NCBI GenBank assembly: GCA_034723395.1
Contig: JAYEOW010000040.1
Location: forward strand, 8,424-72,423
Reading direction: 5' to 3'
Source of the DNA: Candidatus Margulisiibacteriota bacterium
Lineage (GTDB): Bacteria; Margulisbacteria; WOR-1; O2-12-FULL-45-9
DNA: 64,000 bases
Shown: piece after piece, positions 47,137 to 56,013 of the stretch
Layout: the number at the start of each line of letters is the position of its first letter
How positions within the stretch are numbered: position 1 is the first letter of the stretch
The notes under the pieces: model-generated
Told to the model about the DNA's origin: nothing
The model's database searches: none
What the model saw: the letters and a program-made list of their open reading frames with translations, nothing else
Made by a program: the position numbers and the translations under genes

Positions 47137-49229
47137 CCGTATCCGAAGTACTAACTAACCCTATCCAAGCCGAAGAAGATGCGACCGATCTTTCGGTATT
47201 TGTCCGCACCTCAACTGATGACATTGTCTCCTGGGACAAGGAAAAGATCGTAAAGGCGTTGCACAGGGAGACCGGGCTTAATCCTGAGATCGCGATGATC
47301 ATTGCGATCGAGGTTGAGAAGCAGATCCGCGCTATGGCGGTCAAGGCGATCACTGCGCCATTAGTCAGGGAATTGGTTGATGTTAAGCTGCTTGAATACG
47401 GATTAGAAGACGCGCGCCGCAAGCATACCCGACTGGGGGTTCCGGTTTACGATGTAAAAAAGATCATCTTCCATAAGAATAAAGAGAACGCCAATTCTCC
47501 GCATTCGCCGGAGGCGACCAACCTGACCTTGGCCGAAAATATTAAAAAAGAATTTGCCCTTTTAAATGTTTTTTCGCTCCCGGTTGCCGACGCGCATATG
47601 TGCGGCGATATCCACCTGCACGATCTCGGATTTATCGACCGCCCTTATTGCAGCGGACAATCGATCGAATATATTAAAAAGTACGGGCTCGATCTTCCGG
47701 ATAGCAAAGGATCGGCCAAACCGGCAGCGGACGCGGATGAGCTGATCTCTCATATTGTAAAATTTTCAACCGCTTTGCACGGGCATTTTGCTGGAGCGAT
47801 CGGGTGGGATGCGGTGAATCTATTTATAGCCCCTTACATCGAAGGGTATGGTTATGGGCACGTAAAAAGGCTGGCCCGTAAGTTGATCGAGGAGTTTGCT
47901 TCGGTTGCGGTTTCGCGGGGGGGGCAGGGCCTTTTTTCGGACCTGAATATTTATTGGGAGATCCCGAAGCATTTTGAAGATGTCCCGGCGATAGGTCGCG
48001 AGGGGATCGATACAGGAAGAAAGTATAAGGATTTTATAACCGAGGCCCAATCCTTTGCCCGCGCTATGTTTGAGGTTTATCTTGAGGGGGATGGGGTAGG
48101 GAGGCCTTTCTTTTTTCCAAAACCGCTGGTCCATATCACCAACAAGTTTTTTAATACTCCGGGGCATGAAGAATTTCTAAATTTGATCTCAAAGGTATCT
48201 TCCGAAATGGGGAATACCTATTTTGTTTTTGATCGCGGGGAAACCGCTAAGATCTCCGAATGCTGCCGGCTTTCTTTTAAGCTCGAATACTCTGATCTTT
48301 TAGATGCTAAGAAGCCATGGAGGATGAGATACTCTGCGATCCAAAACGTGACCTTAAATTTGCCCCGCATGGCTTACCGTGCAAAAAAAGATAACGATAA
48401 GCTGTATGGAGAGATCGGGAGGATGTTGGAGGTAACGGCCCAGGCGCACGTTGAAAAGAGAAGGTTTATCGAACAGCTGTTAAAAGAGAAGAGCGATGGC
48501 CCTTTGTCTCTTTTGGCAATGGAGCGGGATGGGGAGGCTTATTTGCGCCTAAAAAGGGTAACTCATTTGATCGGGATCTTAGGGCTAAATGAAATGGTCC
48601 AGTATCATTGTGGAAAAGAGCTGCATGAAGGTAACGATGCGTTGCGGCTTGGTTTAAAGATAATCTCTTTTATGAAGATAAAGTGCCAGCAGCTTTCCGA
48701 AAAGTATGATCTTCACTTTGTTTTGGAGCAAACTCCGGCCGAGTCGACCGCCTACCGTTTTGCAAAACTGGACCGTGAACATTTTCCGGAGGAGAGCGGA
48801 AAAGTCGTGAAGGGGAAGGGAGAGAGCGACGAGATTTACTATACAAACTCGACCTATATAAACATTTCTCACCCGATGAACCCGATTGACCGGGTAAAAC
48901 AGGAGGGATTGTTCCATCCGCTGATCGATGCCGGGGCATTGACCCACGTCTGGTTGGGAGAGTCAAGGCCGAGCCCTGAATCGGTGGCAAATTTTGTTAT
49001 CAAGACATTTAAAAATACCGATAACGAACAGATAGCCTTTTCACCTGAATTTACCGCTTGTGTAGATTGTGGAAAGACCGCGCGCGGGCTTTTTGAGCGC
49101 TGTCCCTATTGTTCATCTGGGAATATTGAGGGGATAACCCGGATCACCGGTTATTTCTCCCGTATCCCGGGATGGAATAAGGGGAAGATCGCGGAGTTAA
49201 AAGATCGTTACAAGGAGGGAATTAGATGA
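47133..49229 (+). CDS. nrdD: Class III ribonucleotide reductase, copy 2
   Basis: Same motifs as copy 1, all intact; ATGA-coupled. Confidence 0.95.
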   Translation: MTVSEVLTNPIQAEEDATDLSVFVRTSTDDIVSWDKEKIVKALHRETGLNPEIAMIIAIEVEKQIRAMAVKAITAPLVRELVDVKLLEYGLEDARRKHTRLGVPVYDVKKIIFHKNKENANSPHSPEATNLTLAENIKKEFALLNVFSLPVADAHMCGDIHLHDLGFIDRPYCSGQSIEYIKKYGLDLPDSKGSAKPAADADELISHIVKFSTALHGHFAGAIGWDAVNLFIAPYIEGYGYGHVKRLARKLIEEFASVAVSRGGQGLFSDLNIYWEIPKHFEDVPAIGREGIDTGRKYKDFITEAQSFARAMFEVYLEGDGVGRPFFFPKPLVHITNKFFNTPGHEEFLNLISKVSSEMGNTYFVFDRGETAKISECCRLSFKLEYSDLLDAKKPWRMRYSAIQNVTLNLPRMAYRAKKDNDKLYGEIGRMLEVTAQAHVEKRRFIEQLLKEKSDGPLSLLAMERDGEAYLRLKRVTHLIGILGLNEMVQYHCGKELHEGNDALRLGLKIISFMKIKCQQLSEKYDLHFVLEQTPAESTAYRFAKLDREHFPEESGKVVKGKGESDEIYYTNSTYINISHPMNPIDRVKQEGLFHPLIDAGALTHVWLGESRPSPESVANFVIKTFKNTDNEQIAFSPEFTACVDCGKTARGLFERCPYCSSGNIEGITRITGYFSRIPGWNKGKIAELKDRYKEGIR

Positions 49230-49516
49230 GTTTAGAAGTAAAAGTGTTCGGGAAACCGGGGTGTGAATTTTGTAAAACGACCATGAAAAAATTCGAGACC
49301 TTTTTCAGCCGCTGGAAGATCGATCCGGAAAAGGTGAAATTAGATTTCTTTGATATGGAAACGGTGGATGGGATGGCCGAAGGAGCGTTTTACGGCGTAA
49401 CCAAAATTCCTTCAACCGTTATCGAAAAGGAGTCAGAAATTATAAGCCGCTGGGATGGGAAGGTCCCGCTTTCCGAGGAATTTAAAGATCATTTAAGCTC
49501 TTTTTCTTTAGCTTGA
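49226..49516 (+). CDS. Thioredoxin/NrdH-like redoxin
   Basis: CEFC, IPST; coupled to nrdD copy 2. Confidence 0.85.
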   Translation: MSLEVKVFGKPGCEFCKTTMKKFETFFSRWKIDPEKVKLDFFDMETVDGMAEGAFYGVTKIPSTVIEKESEIISRWDGKVPLSEEFKDHLSSFSLA

Positions 49517-50985
49517 ACAATTAAGGCGTTGCTGACCCTGCGTTGATAACCGGCGGTTGGCTGGTTTATGCTTTTTCCCTTGATTACCATGGTGGAAGAG
49601 CTTCCTCCATCCAGGTTCATCGCGTCTACTGCCCCAAGACTGATCATGAGGTTAGAGAGCTCCTCTAACGAAGCTCCGATACTCACGTGATTTTTCTGCC
49701 TCAGTTTCTTGCGGCGCGGCCTTCCGTCGACAGTTACCAGCAGAAGGCGGTGGTCTTTGGTCAGGCCGATTGCGGTGCGGGCGGCCCTCCCTCTGGCGAT
49801 GTCCATTTTAAATCGCTCTTCATGTTTTGAGACATAAACCCGGCCGTGTTTTAGGATGCGCGGCCCGCCGGAGATAAGGTTTACGATGTTTTTTGGTGAG
49901 GTAGTGTAGGGGATGATTTTGATCGCTGTATCTACTCTTTCCCCAACTTTAATGCTTTCGGAGAATACCTCGACCTGGGGTCCGCTGACAGAGATTACGT
50001 AGCCGTCCTGCGGGATATTAGAGTTCGAAACGTTAATTTTAGTTATTTTTGACCCCGACACCACGATCTCGATCCCCTGCTGGTTGGTCCCGGTACTCTC
50101 TCCCCAGACGGGGGTATACATGATCGTATCGCTACTTCCCCGTCCCTGATTGATCCCGGTTATTTTGTATCGGGTCCTGTTCGCTGTGTAAAAGTAGCTT
50201 GAAACGAATATATTATCTATATACGGGGTATTGTTCTCGTCAAGAAAGAAGGCGGTCCGGTCGTAGATCGGGGAGGAAACGATCTCACGGTCGATCATCA
50301 GGGCGCCGAGCGGACTGCCGGTCGAGGCAAAAAAGGTGCCGTTTATTCCGGCGATCCCTCCATTCTCGTCCACGATGTTGTTTACTTTGTCCAGGTAAAA
50401 ATGTTCCCTTTCAGCGGTTGGCCGGGTCCAGGGCATAATGATATTAATAAATGAGTCGACCAGGTTGCTCTTTTGTTTTCGAGCCAGCGCCGGGCGCACA
50501 CTTGCCTGGTCAAGGTTGACGCGGAGGACATTGGCTTTGATCTGCCCGGATTGGATGCCTTTTTTTACCTCGAGGTGTTCGATCCCCGGGGCGACCGTCC
50601 CGCCATACGTGATATTTAAATATTCTCGCCCGAAATCGACTACCAGGCGGGGCGGGTAGTTCAGGTAAAAGATATTATATTCGATCGGCTCGGACAGGGG
50701 GATAGTGACCTTTAAGTCTTCTCCATCCCTTTCGATCTCAAAATATCTTACGATCAGGTCATTTAGCTCAACGTAACTCTCAATCTGCTTCCCCGCGTCT
50801 ATATCTTTAAAACGGAGAACGATCTTGTCTTTTGATTCTTCACTCTCGTAAGTGAATCCGTCGTCAAAATCAAAGACCGCGCGTATCTTGTCCGGATAGT
50901 GTCCGAAACGCACCCGGTAGAGGGTGGCAGCGTTAACCGATCCTCCAAGCAAAAACGCGATCAGTAATGTGATTAATGTTCTAAT
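49489..50985 (-). CDS. Secreted phosphodiester glycosidase (NAGPA/DUF2233) family protein with an AMIN-like N-terminus
   Basis: INGTFF, ARTAIG, VTVDG, AMNLDGGSS; probable ATT start at 50985 (ORF track uses TTG 50952). Confidence 0.85.
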   Translation of the reverse strand: MRTLITLLIAFLLGGSVNAATLYRVRFGHYPDKIRAVFDFDDGFTYESEESKDKIVLRFKDIDAGKQIESYVELNDLIVRYFEIERDGEDLKVTIPLSEPIEYNIFYLNYPPRLVVDFGREYLNITYGGTVAPGIEHLEVKKGIQSGQIKANVLRVNLDQASVRPALARKQKSNLVDSFINIIMPWTRPTAEREHFYLDKVNNIVDENGGIAGINGTFFASTGSPLGALMIDREIVSSPIYDRTAFFLDENNTPYIDNIFVSSYFYTANRTRYKITGINQGRGSSDTIMYTPVWGESTGTNQQGIEIVVSGSKITKINVSNSNIPQDGYVISVSGPQVEVFSESIKVGERVDTAIKIIPYTTSPKNIVNLISGGPRILKHGRVYVSKHEERFKMDIARGRAARTAIGLTKDHRLLLVTVDGRPRRKKLRQKNHVSIGASLEELSNLMISLGAVDAMNLDGGSSSTMVIKGKSINQPTAGYQRRVSNALIVQAKEKELK

Positions 50986-51815
50986 TGTTCAATTACCTCT
51001 CTAATAACCCAGTCGGGCGTTGATGCCCCGGCGGTTATTCCAATCTTCTCTTTCCCCTCAAGCCACGCTGGATCCAGCTCTTTCACCGTTTGTATCTGAT
51101 GGGTTTCTGTCCCAATATTATTACAGAGTTCGGTAAGGCGTTTTGTATTCGCGCTCTTTTTGTCCCCGATAACCAGCACCAGTTCTACTTTCCTTGCCAG
51201 GTCCATGGCTGCCTCCTGGCGTTTTGAGGTCGCTCCGCAGATCGTGTCGTATTCTTTAACATCCTTCGCCAGTTTTCTTATGGCAGCCACGATCTTTTTA
51301 AAATGCGTTTCTGATTGGGTGGTCTGCGCCAGCACGCCTACTCTAGTATCAGCATGAATATCGATTTTTTTCAGTCCATCTGGATTTTCCACCACAACCC
51401 CTTTTCCTTTGCTCCAGCCGATCAGTCCCTTAACTTCGGTATGGCCGTTGTCTCCGACGATAACGACCAGGCGGTTTTCATTTGCAAAGCTCTCCGCTAC
51501 TTTTTGCGCCTTCTTTACCCAGGCGCAGGTGGTATCAATTGTTCCTAAGCCTTTGTCTTTTGCCTCCTGGTAAACCTGTGGGGGGACCCCATGGGCGGAT
51601 ATTAAAATTATCCCTTCCGGGCCGGACGCGATCTCAGATACGGTTTTTGCGGTTTTGATCCCGGCTTTATTGAACTTATCGATAACCTGGGTGTTATGGA
51701 CGAGATTCCCAAGCATATATACGGGATGACCAGTTTTGGTTTGGTCGAGCGCGATTTTGTAAGCTCTTTCTACCCCTTCGCAGAATCCGGCATGTTCAGC
51801 CGTGAATATTTGCAT
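50973..51815 (-). CDS. ispH: 4-hydroxy-3-methylbut-2-enyl diphosphate reductase
   Basis: GFCEGV, HN, AHG, DTTC, QTT, TIC.AT..RQ, SAN, TAGASTP. Confidence 0.97.
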   Translation of the reverse strand: MQIFTAEHAGFCEGVERAYKIALDQTKTGHPVYMLGNLVHNTQVIDKFNKAGIKTAKTVSEIASGPEGIILISAHGVPPQVYQEAKDKGLGTIDTTCAWVKKAQKVAESFANENRLVVIVGDNGHTEVKGLIGWSKGKGVVVENPDGLKKIDIHADTRVGVLAQTTQSETHFKKIVAAIRKLAKDVKEYDTICGATSKRQEAAMDLARKVELVLVIGDKKSANTKRLTELCNNIGTETHQIQTVKELDPAWLEGKEKIGITAGASTPDWVIREVIEQLEH

Positions 51816-52962
51816 CTTTCATCCGCTTGATCGCTTCTTTGATCCGTTCCTTGGGGATCGTGATCGCGAAGCGAACGTATCCCTCTCCGAAGGAGCCGTA
51901 ACCACTGCCGGGGACGGTTAGAATACCGCATTTTTCAAGCAGCTTTTCGGCAAAGGAGGCCGACGTCTCATCTTTCGGCACTGGGGCCCATATATAGAAA
52001 GTCGCTTTTGGCTTATTGAGCTTCCAGCCCAGTGAATTTAATCCGTCAACCAGCACATTCCGGCGCTCCTCAAAGATCTTGTTGTTTTCAGCAATGCACT
52101 GCTGAGGACCTGAGAGCGCCTCGATCGCCGCCAGCTGGATCGCTTTAAAAGCGCCGCTGTCGACGTTGGATTTGATCGTTGCCAACGCCTGGACAGCTTC
52201 TTTGTTCCCTACGGCCATGCCAATGCGCCAGCCGGTCATATTATAGGTTTTAGAAAGAGAATGGAGCTCAATCGCAACCTCCTTTGCGCCGGGAATTTCT
52301 AAGATCGAGCTTGGTCTATACTCACCGTAGGCCATTTCAGAATAAGCGAGATCAGAGACGATCAGCAGGTCGTTTGCTTTGGCGAAGTTTACGCATTTTT
52401 CGAGGAAATCTTTTCCAGCCACGGCCCCTGTGGGATTATTCGGATAGTTGATAAATAAAAGCTTTGCCCTTTTTAGTATATCAGCCGGGATATTGTCCAG
52501 ATCGGGGATAAAATTATTTTCCGCGGTCAACGGCAGGATGTAAGGGTCTCCTCCTGCCAGAATTGTCCCTATTTTATAGACCGGATAAGCGGGGTCGGGG
52601 ACGAGCGAGATATCTCCCGCATCTATAAAAGCAAAAAAGAGGTGGGCTAATCCCTCTTTTGATCCCAGCAGGGTGCAAACTTCGGTCTTTGGGTCGAGCG
52701 AGACATTAAAGCGTTCTTTATACCAATTGGACACCGCCTTCCTAAAAGAGATCTCCCCCCTGGATGACGGGTAATTTGCCGCTGCTTTGGTCTCTAATAC
52801 GTCGTGCATTTTTTTGAAAATGTGGTCGGGGGTGGGGAGGTCGGGATCGCCGATCCCGAAGTCGATGATATCAACCCCTTTTTTGGTCAGCTCTTCTTTT
52901 TTCTCCTCTATCTTAACGAATAGATAAGGAGGGATCTGTTTTAGCCTTTTGGATTTTCTCAT
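51796..52962 (-). CDS. dapL: LL-diaminopimelate aminotransferase
   Basis: PPYLF, IGDPDLPTP, NYPNNPTG, SLSKTYNMTGWR; adjacent to dapF. Confidence 0.88.
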   Translation of the reverse strand: MRKSKRLKQIPPYLFVKIEEKKEELTKKGVDIIDFGIGDPDLPTPDHIFKKMHDVLETKAAANYPSSRGEISFRKAVSNWYKERFNVSLDPKTEVCTLLGSKEGLAHLFFAFIDAGDISLVPDPAYPVYKIGTILAGGDPYILPLTAENNFIPDLDNIPADILKRAKLLFINYPNNPTGAVAGKDFLEKCVNFAKANDLLIVSDLAYSEMAYGEYRPSSILEIPGAKEVAIELHSLSKTYNMTGWRIGMAVGNKEAVQALATIKSNVDSGAFKAIQLAAIEALSGPQQCIAENNKIFEERRNVLVDGLNSLGWKLNKPKATFYIWAPVPKDETSASFAEKLLEKCGILTVPGSGYGSFGEGYVRFAITIPKERIKEAIKRMKDANIHG

Positions 52963-53747
52963 TGACCATACTTCCCTTCAAAAACTTTCTTGGCCGGTCC
53001 GCGAAGCAAAACATGCTTTTCTTCATTTAGTTCTATATCCAGGTCTCCTCCCGGGAGATGGACGACCGCCCGTTTAAGCCCGCTGGCAACCATTGAGGCG
53101 CATGCTCCCGTCCCACAGGCCAAGGTCTCTCCGGCGCCGCGTTCCCAGACCAGTACTTCTAATTCTTTATCGTTTAAGATCCGAACGAATTCGACGTTTG
53201 TCCGATTAGGAAAATTCGGATGATTTTCAATTAAGGGGCCAATATCGGTAATATCAATTTCGGACAAATCCTCTGCAAGAATAACGGCATGTGGATTCCC
53301 CATAGAAATTTCCTGAATTTCAAGCTCAATATCCTTAATTTTTAATTTTTCGTTTTTAATTTTCTTTGGGATTCCCATATCGACTTCGACCCCCGCGACC
53401 GTTTTATCCGGGCCGAGAATTACGGCAGGGAGAATTATCCCTGCGAGAGTTTCGACCGAAATAACCTCTTCCTCTTTAAGTTTGTCAGCTTCGTATACAT
53501 ATTTTGTAAAGCAGCGGATCCCATTGCCGCACATCTCCGGCTCGGAGCCGTCCGGGTTAAAGATCTGCATCCGGTAGTGCGCTTTTTCGGAAGGCCAGAC
53601 GACCAAGAGACCGTCAGCGCCGACCCCAAAGTGCCGATCGCAGATATCGATCGCCAGCTGTTTCAAATCGACCCCTTTTAGGTCGTCTTTCCGGCTGTCG
53701 ATCAGCACGAAATCATTCCCTAAACCGTGATATTTACTGAACTTCAT
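52959..53747 (-). CDS. dapF: Diaminopimelate epimerase
   Basis: HGLGNDF, EMCGNG, GNPH, ERGAGETLACGTG. Confidence 0.97.
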   Translation of the reverse strand: MKFSKYHGLGNDFVLIDSRKDDLKGVDLKQLAIDICDRHFGVGADGLLVVWPSEKAHYRMQIFNPDGSEPEMCGNGIRCFTKYVYEADKLKEEEVISVETLAGIILPAVILGPDKTVAGVEVDMGIPKKIKNEKLKIKDIELEIQEISMGNPHAVILAEDLSEIDITDIGPLIENHPNFPNRTNVEFVRILNDKELEVLVWERGAGETLACGTGACASMVASGLKRAVVHLPGGDLDIELNEEKHVLLRGPAKKVFEGKYGQ

Positions 53748-54096
53748 AATAAGCCGCCTTTGCTGTCGCCGATTCCCAGACGACCGCTTTACTTACTGAC
53801 CCTATCTTCTTTTTCATCGCTTGATAAATAAACCGGGCCAAATTTTCGGATGATGGATTTTCGGAATCGAAAGGTTTTATGTCATTCAATAATTTATGGT
53901 CGAACATATCCAAAACTTCTTTTAAGTTATTTTTGAACTCCTTAAAATCGATCAGCAGACCGGTTTTATTGAGTTTATCCCCCTTTAGGAAAACCTGGAT
54001 CTTCCAGCTGTGGCCGTGCAGGTTCTCGCAGGGGCCTTGGTAGCCCCGCAGCGCATGGGCGGCATGGAAAGTATCTTCGACCATCAATTCGTACAT
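53734..54096 (-). CDS. queD: 6-carboxytetrahydropterin synthase
   Basis: F.AAH.L, CENLHGH, NPSSENLA, WES. Confidence 0.95.
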   Translation of the reverse strand: MYELMVEDTFHAAHALRGYQGPCENLHGHSWKIQVFLKGDKLNKTGLLIDFKEFKNNLKEVLDMFDHKLLNDIKPFDSENPSSENLARFIYQAMKKKIGSVSKAVVWESATAKAAYYEVQ

Positions 54097-54116
54097 ACCC
54101 TAATTTTACCGTATTT

Positions 54117-54920
54117 TTAAGTAAGTGTCACTTGTTTGGCGCCGATAATCGGCTTGCCTAACAGACGGGAACCAAGGTCCTGGAACTGGATGGCTGGACC
54201 GGTAGTGAAATACTCGTATTTGGCGGGCGATATGTTGGTTTTTAAAGTTCCGGCCTTTTTAAGTATCTTTTTTATTTCAATGGTTGCTTCTTCTGCGGGA
54301 TCGATTAGGACCACGTCTTTACCGGTGATAGTTTGGATAATTTTTTTAAGATGTGGATAATGCGTGCAGCCCAGGATCAGCGTATCGATTTTTTCCTTGA
54401 GTAAAGGTTTAAGATATTCTTTAGCTGCCCTTTTGGTCTCTTCTGCCCCGATAAATCCCCCCTCAATTAAGGGGACAAAGAGGGGGCAGCCGGCAGCGTG
54501 GACATTTGTCTCTTTCTTCAATGCTTTGATCTTTTTTTGAAACGCGTGGGAATTAACTGTGGCGGCAGTTGCGATTATTCCGATATTACCGGAGCGGGTT
54601 GCCGCCACGGCCGCTTCAGATCCCGGGTCGACCAGGTTTATAATTTCTACTTTATAATCGTCTTTGACCGCTGGATAGGCGATTGCCGATGATGTCCCGC
54701 AAGCCATCACGACCATTTTGGCCCCTTGTTTAATAAGAAATGGGATGATTTCGTGATTGATCTTGATTATTTCTTGCGCAGAGCGCCCGCCGTAAGGGAC
54801 GCGGGCGGTATCTGCCAGGTAGATCAGGTCTTCATCGGGGAGTCTTTTTATGATCTGGGAAATAACCGTAAGTCCGCCCACTCCCGAATCAAAAACGCCG
54901 ATCGGGGAGGAGGGGGTGAT
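54117..54920 (-). CDS. murI: Glutamate racemase (start uncertain)
   Basis: PIGVFDSGVGGLTV (upstream of the ORF-track GTG), PYG, ACGTS, LGCTHYP. Confidence 0.93.
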   Translation of the reverse strand: MTPSSPIGVFDSGVGGLTVISQIIKRLPDEDLIYLADTARVPYGGRSAQEIIKINHEIIPFLIKQGAKMVVMACGTSSAIAYPAVKDDYKVEIINLVDPGSEAAVAATRSGNIGIIATAATVNSHAFQKKIKALKKETNVHAAGCPLFVPLIEGGFIGAEETKRAAKEYLKPLLKEKIDTLILGCTHYPHLKKIIQTITGKDVVLIDPAEEATIEIKKILKKAGTLKTNISPAKYEYFTTGPAIQFQDLGSRLLGKPIIGAKQVTLT

Positions 54921-54978
54921 CTTTTCGGGCTTTGTTTTCCCTCCTATTTTTGGAGTTACCTTATCGGCAACTATTTTT

Positions 54979-56013
54979 CTAACGATCCCTACTTCTGAAA
55001 TAGTTCTTAACCCCCTTTACAATATAGGCCGCGACCTCTTTTTGGAAGCTCTGCTTTTTTGCCAAACTAGATTCTTTGGGATTGCTGATATACACCGGTT
55101 CAACCAGCGCCGACGGCATATTAGTATGGTTGCATACGTAAAGCATCGCTTTTCTAAGCCCTCGGTCCCTTCTTTTTATTCCGCGGATAAGGCTCCGGTG
55201 AATATTCAGGGCCAGGTTACGGCTCTTTTGCTTGTAATAAAAGGTCTCCGTGCCGGAGGCAGATCGGATACCGGAATAATTGTAATGGATCGAGATAAAA
55301 ATGTCAGCCTTAGTTTTATTAGCGAACTTGACAATGTCTCTTAGATTGTATTTCCGGTCGCTATTTCTGGTCAGATAAACGGTGGCGCCGGCCAACTTCA
55401 GCAGATAAGCGGTTTTTCGCGCGGTTTGAAGGTTAAACGTTTTTTCGGGGATCCCATCCAAAGAGAATGCTCCTGGATCTCTCCCCCCATGTCCGGGATC
55501 GATCACGATAATTTTCCCCTTCAGCGGAAGGTTCCCCCCTTTTTTAACCGGTTTATATTTATAAGCTTTGATTTTCTGGCCTTTTTCTTTGAGATTGGCC
55601 TTTTCCCATGCAGCCAATATTTTATCCGCACGATCGGTCCGATCGGAGATCTCAACCACCGATTTGTTCCGGCCAAAAACATTTACAATCTCATAATCGA
55701 TATCTTTTTTTAGATAGACGACGATACGGGCTGTGTTTTTATCCAATTGTTTCACGCGGACATCGCTGATCCGTTTTGATTTTCGCTTCGATATTTTTAT
55801 ATTTTTACTGACGCTTGTGTTAGATAGGTCAATAACAAGTTTGTCCTCGAGCAGCAACCCCTTCCCCTTTACGTATCCGGTGGTGTAGATATCCAGGTAG
55901 TCAAACCCCCGATCGCGCTTTGCCTCAACTTCGCTAAGCCGCCGGTTTTCGGCCGATAGGGGGGAGACCAGGAACGCGGCCAGGATAATTATGCTAAAGA
56001 TATTCCTAGGCAT
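54979..56013 (-). CDS. N-acetylmuramoyl-L-alanine amidase (AMIN + Amidase_3)
   Basis: Signal peptide, DPGHGG.DPGA, E, SIH.N, LVE. Confidence 0.92.
   Translation of the reverse strand: MPRNIFSIIILAAFLVSPLSAENRRLSEVEAKRDRGFDYLDIYTTGYVKGKGLLLEDKLVIDLSNTSVSKNIKISKRKSKRISDVRVKQLDKNTARIVVYLKKDIDYEIVNVFGRNKSVVEISDRTDRADKILAAWEKANLKEKGQKIKAYKYKPVKKGGNLPLKGKIIVIDPGHGGRDPGAFSLDGIPEKTFNLQTARKTAYLLKLAGATVYLTRNSDRKYNLRDIVKFANKTKADIFISIHYNYSGIRSASGTETFYYKQKSRNLALNIHRSLIRGIKRRDRGLRKAMLYVCNHTNMPSALVEPVYISNPKESSLAKKQSFQKEVAAYIVKGVKNYFRSRDR

Noticed and set aside
45037..49229. nrdD pair as an assembly duplication
   Set aside because: The copies differ at many synonymous sites and in whole protein segments.
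55748..55763. parS-like TGTTTCACGCGGACA
   Set aside because: The right arm is mismatched and short and lies inside the amidase gene; no convincing parS was found by eye.
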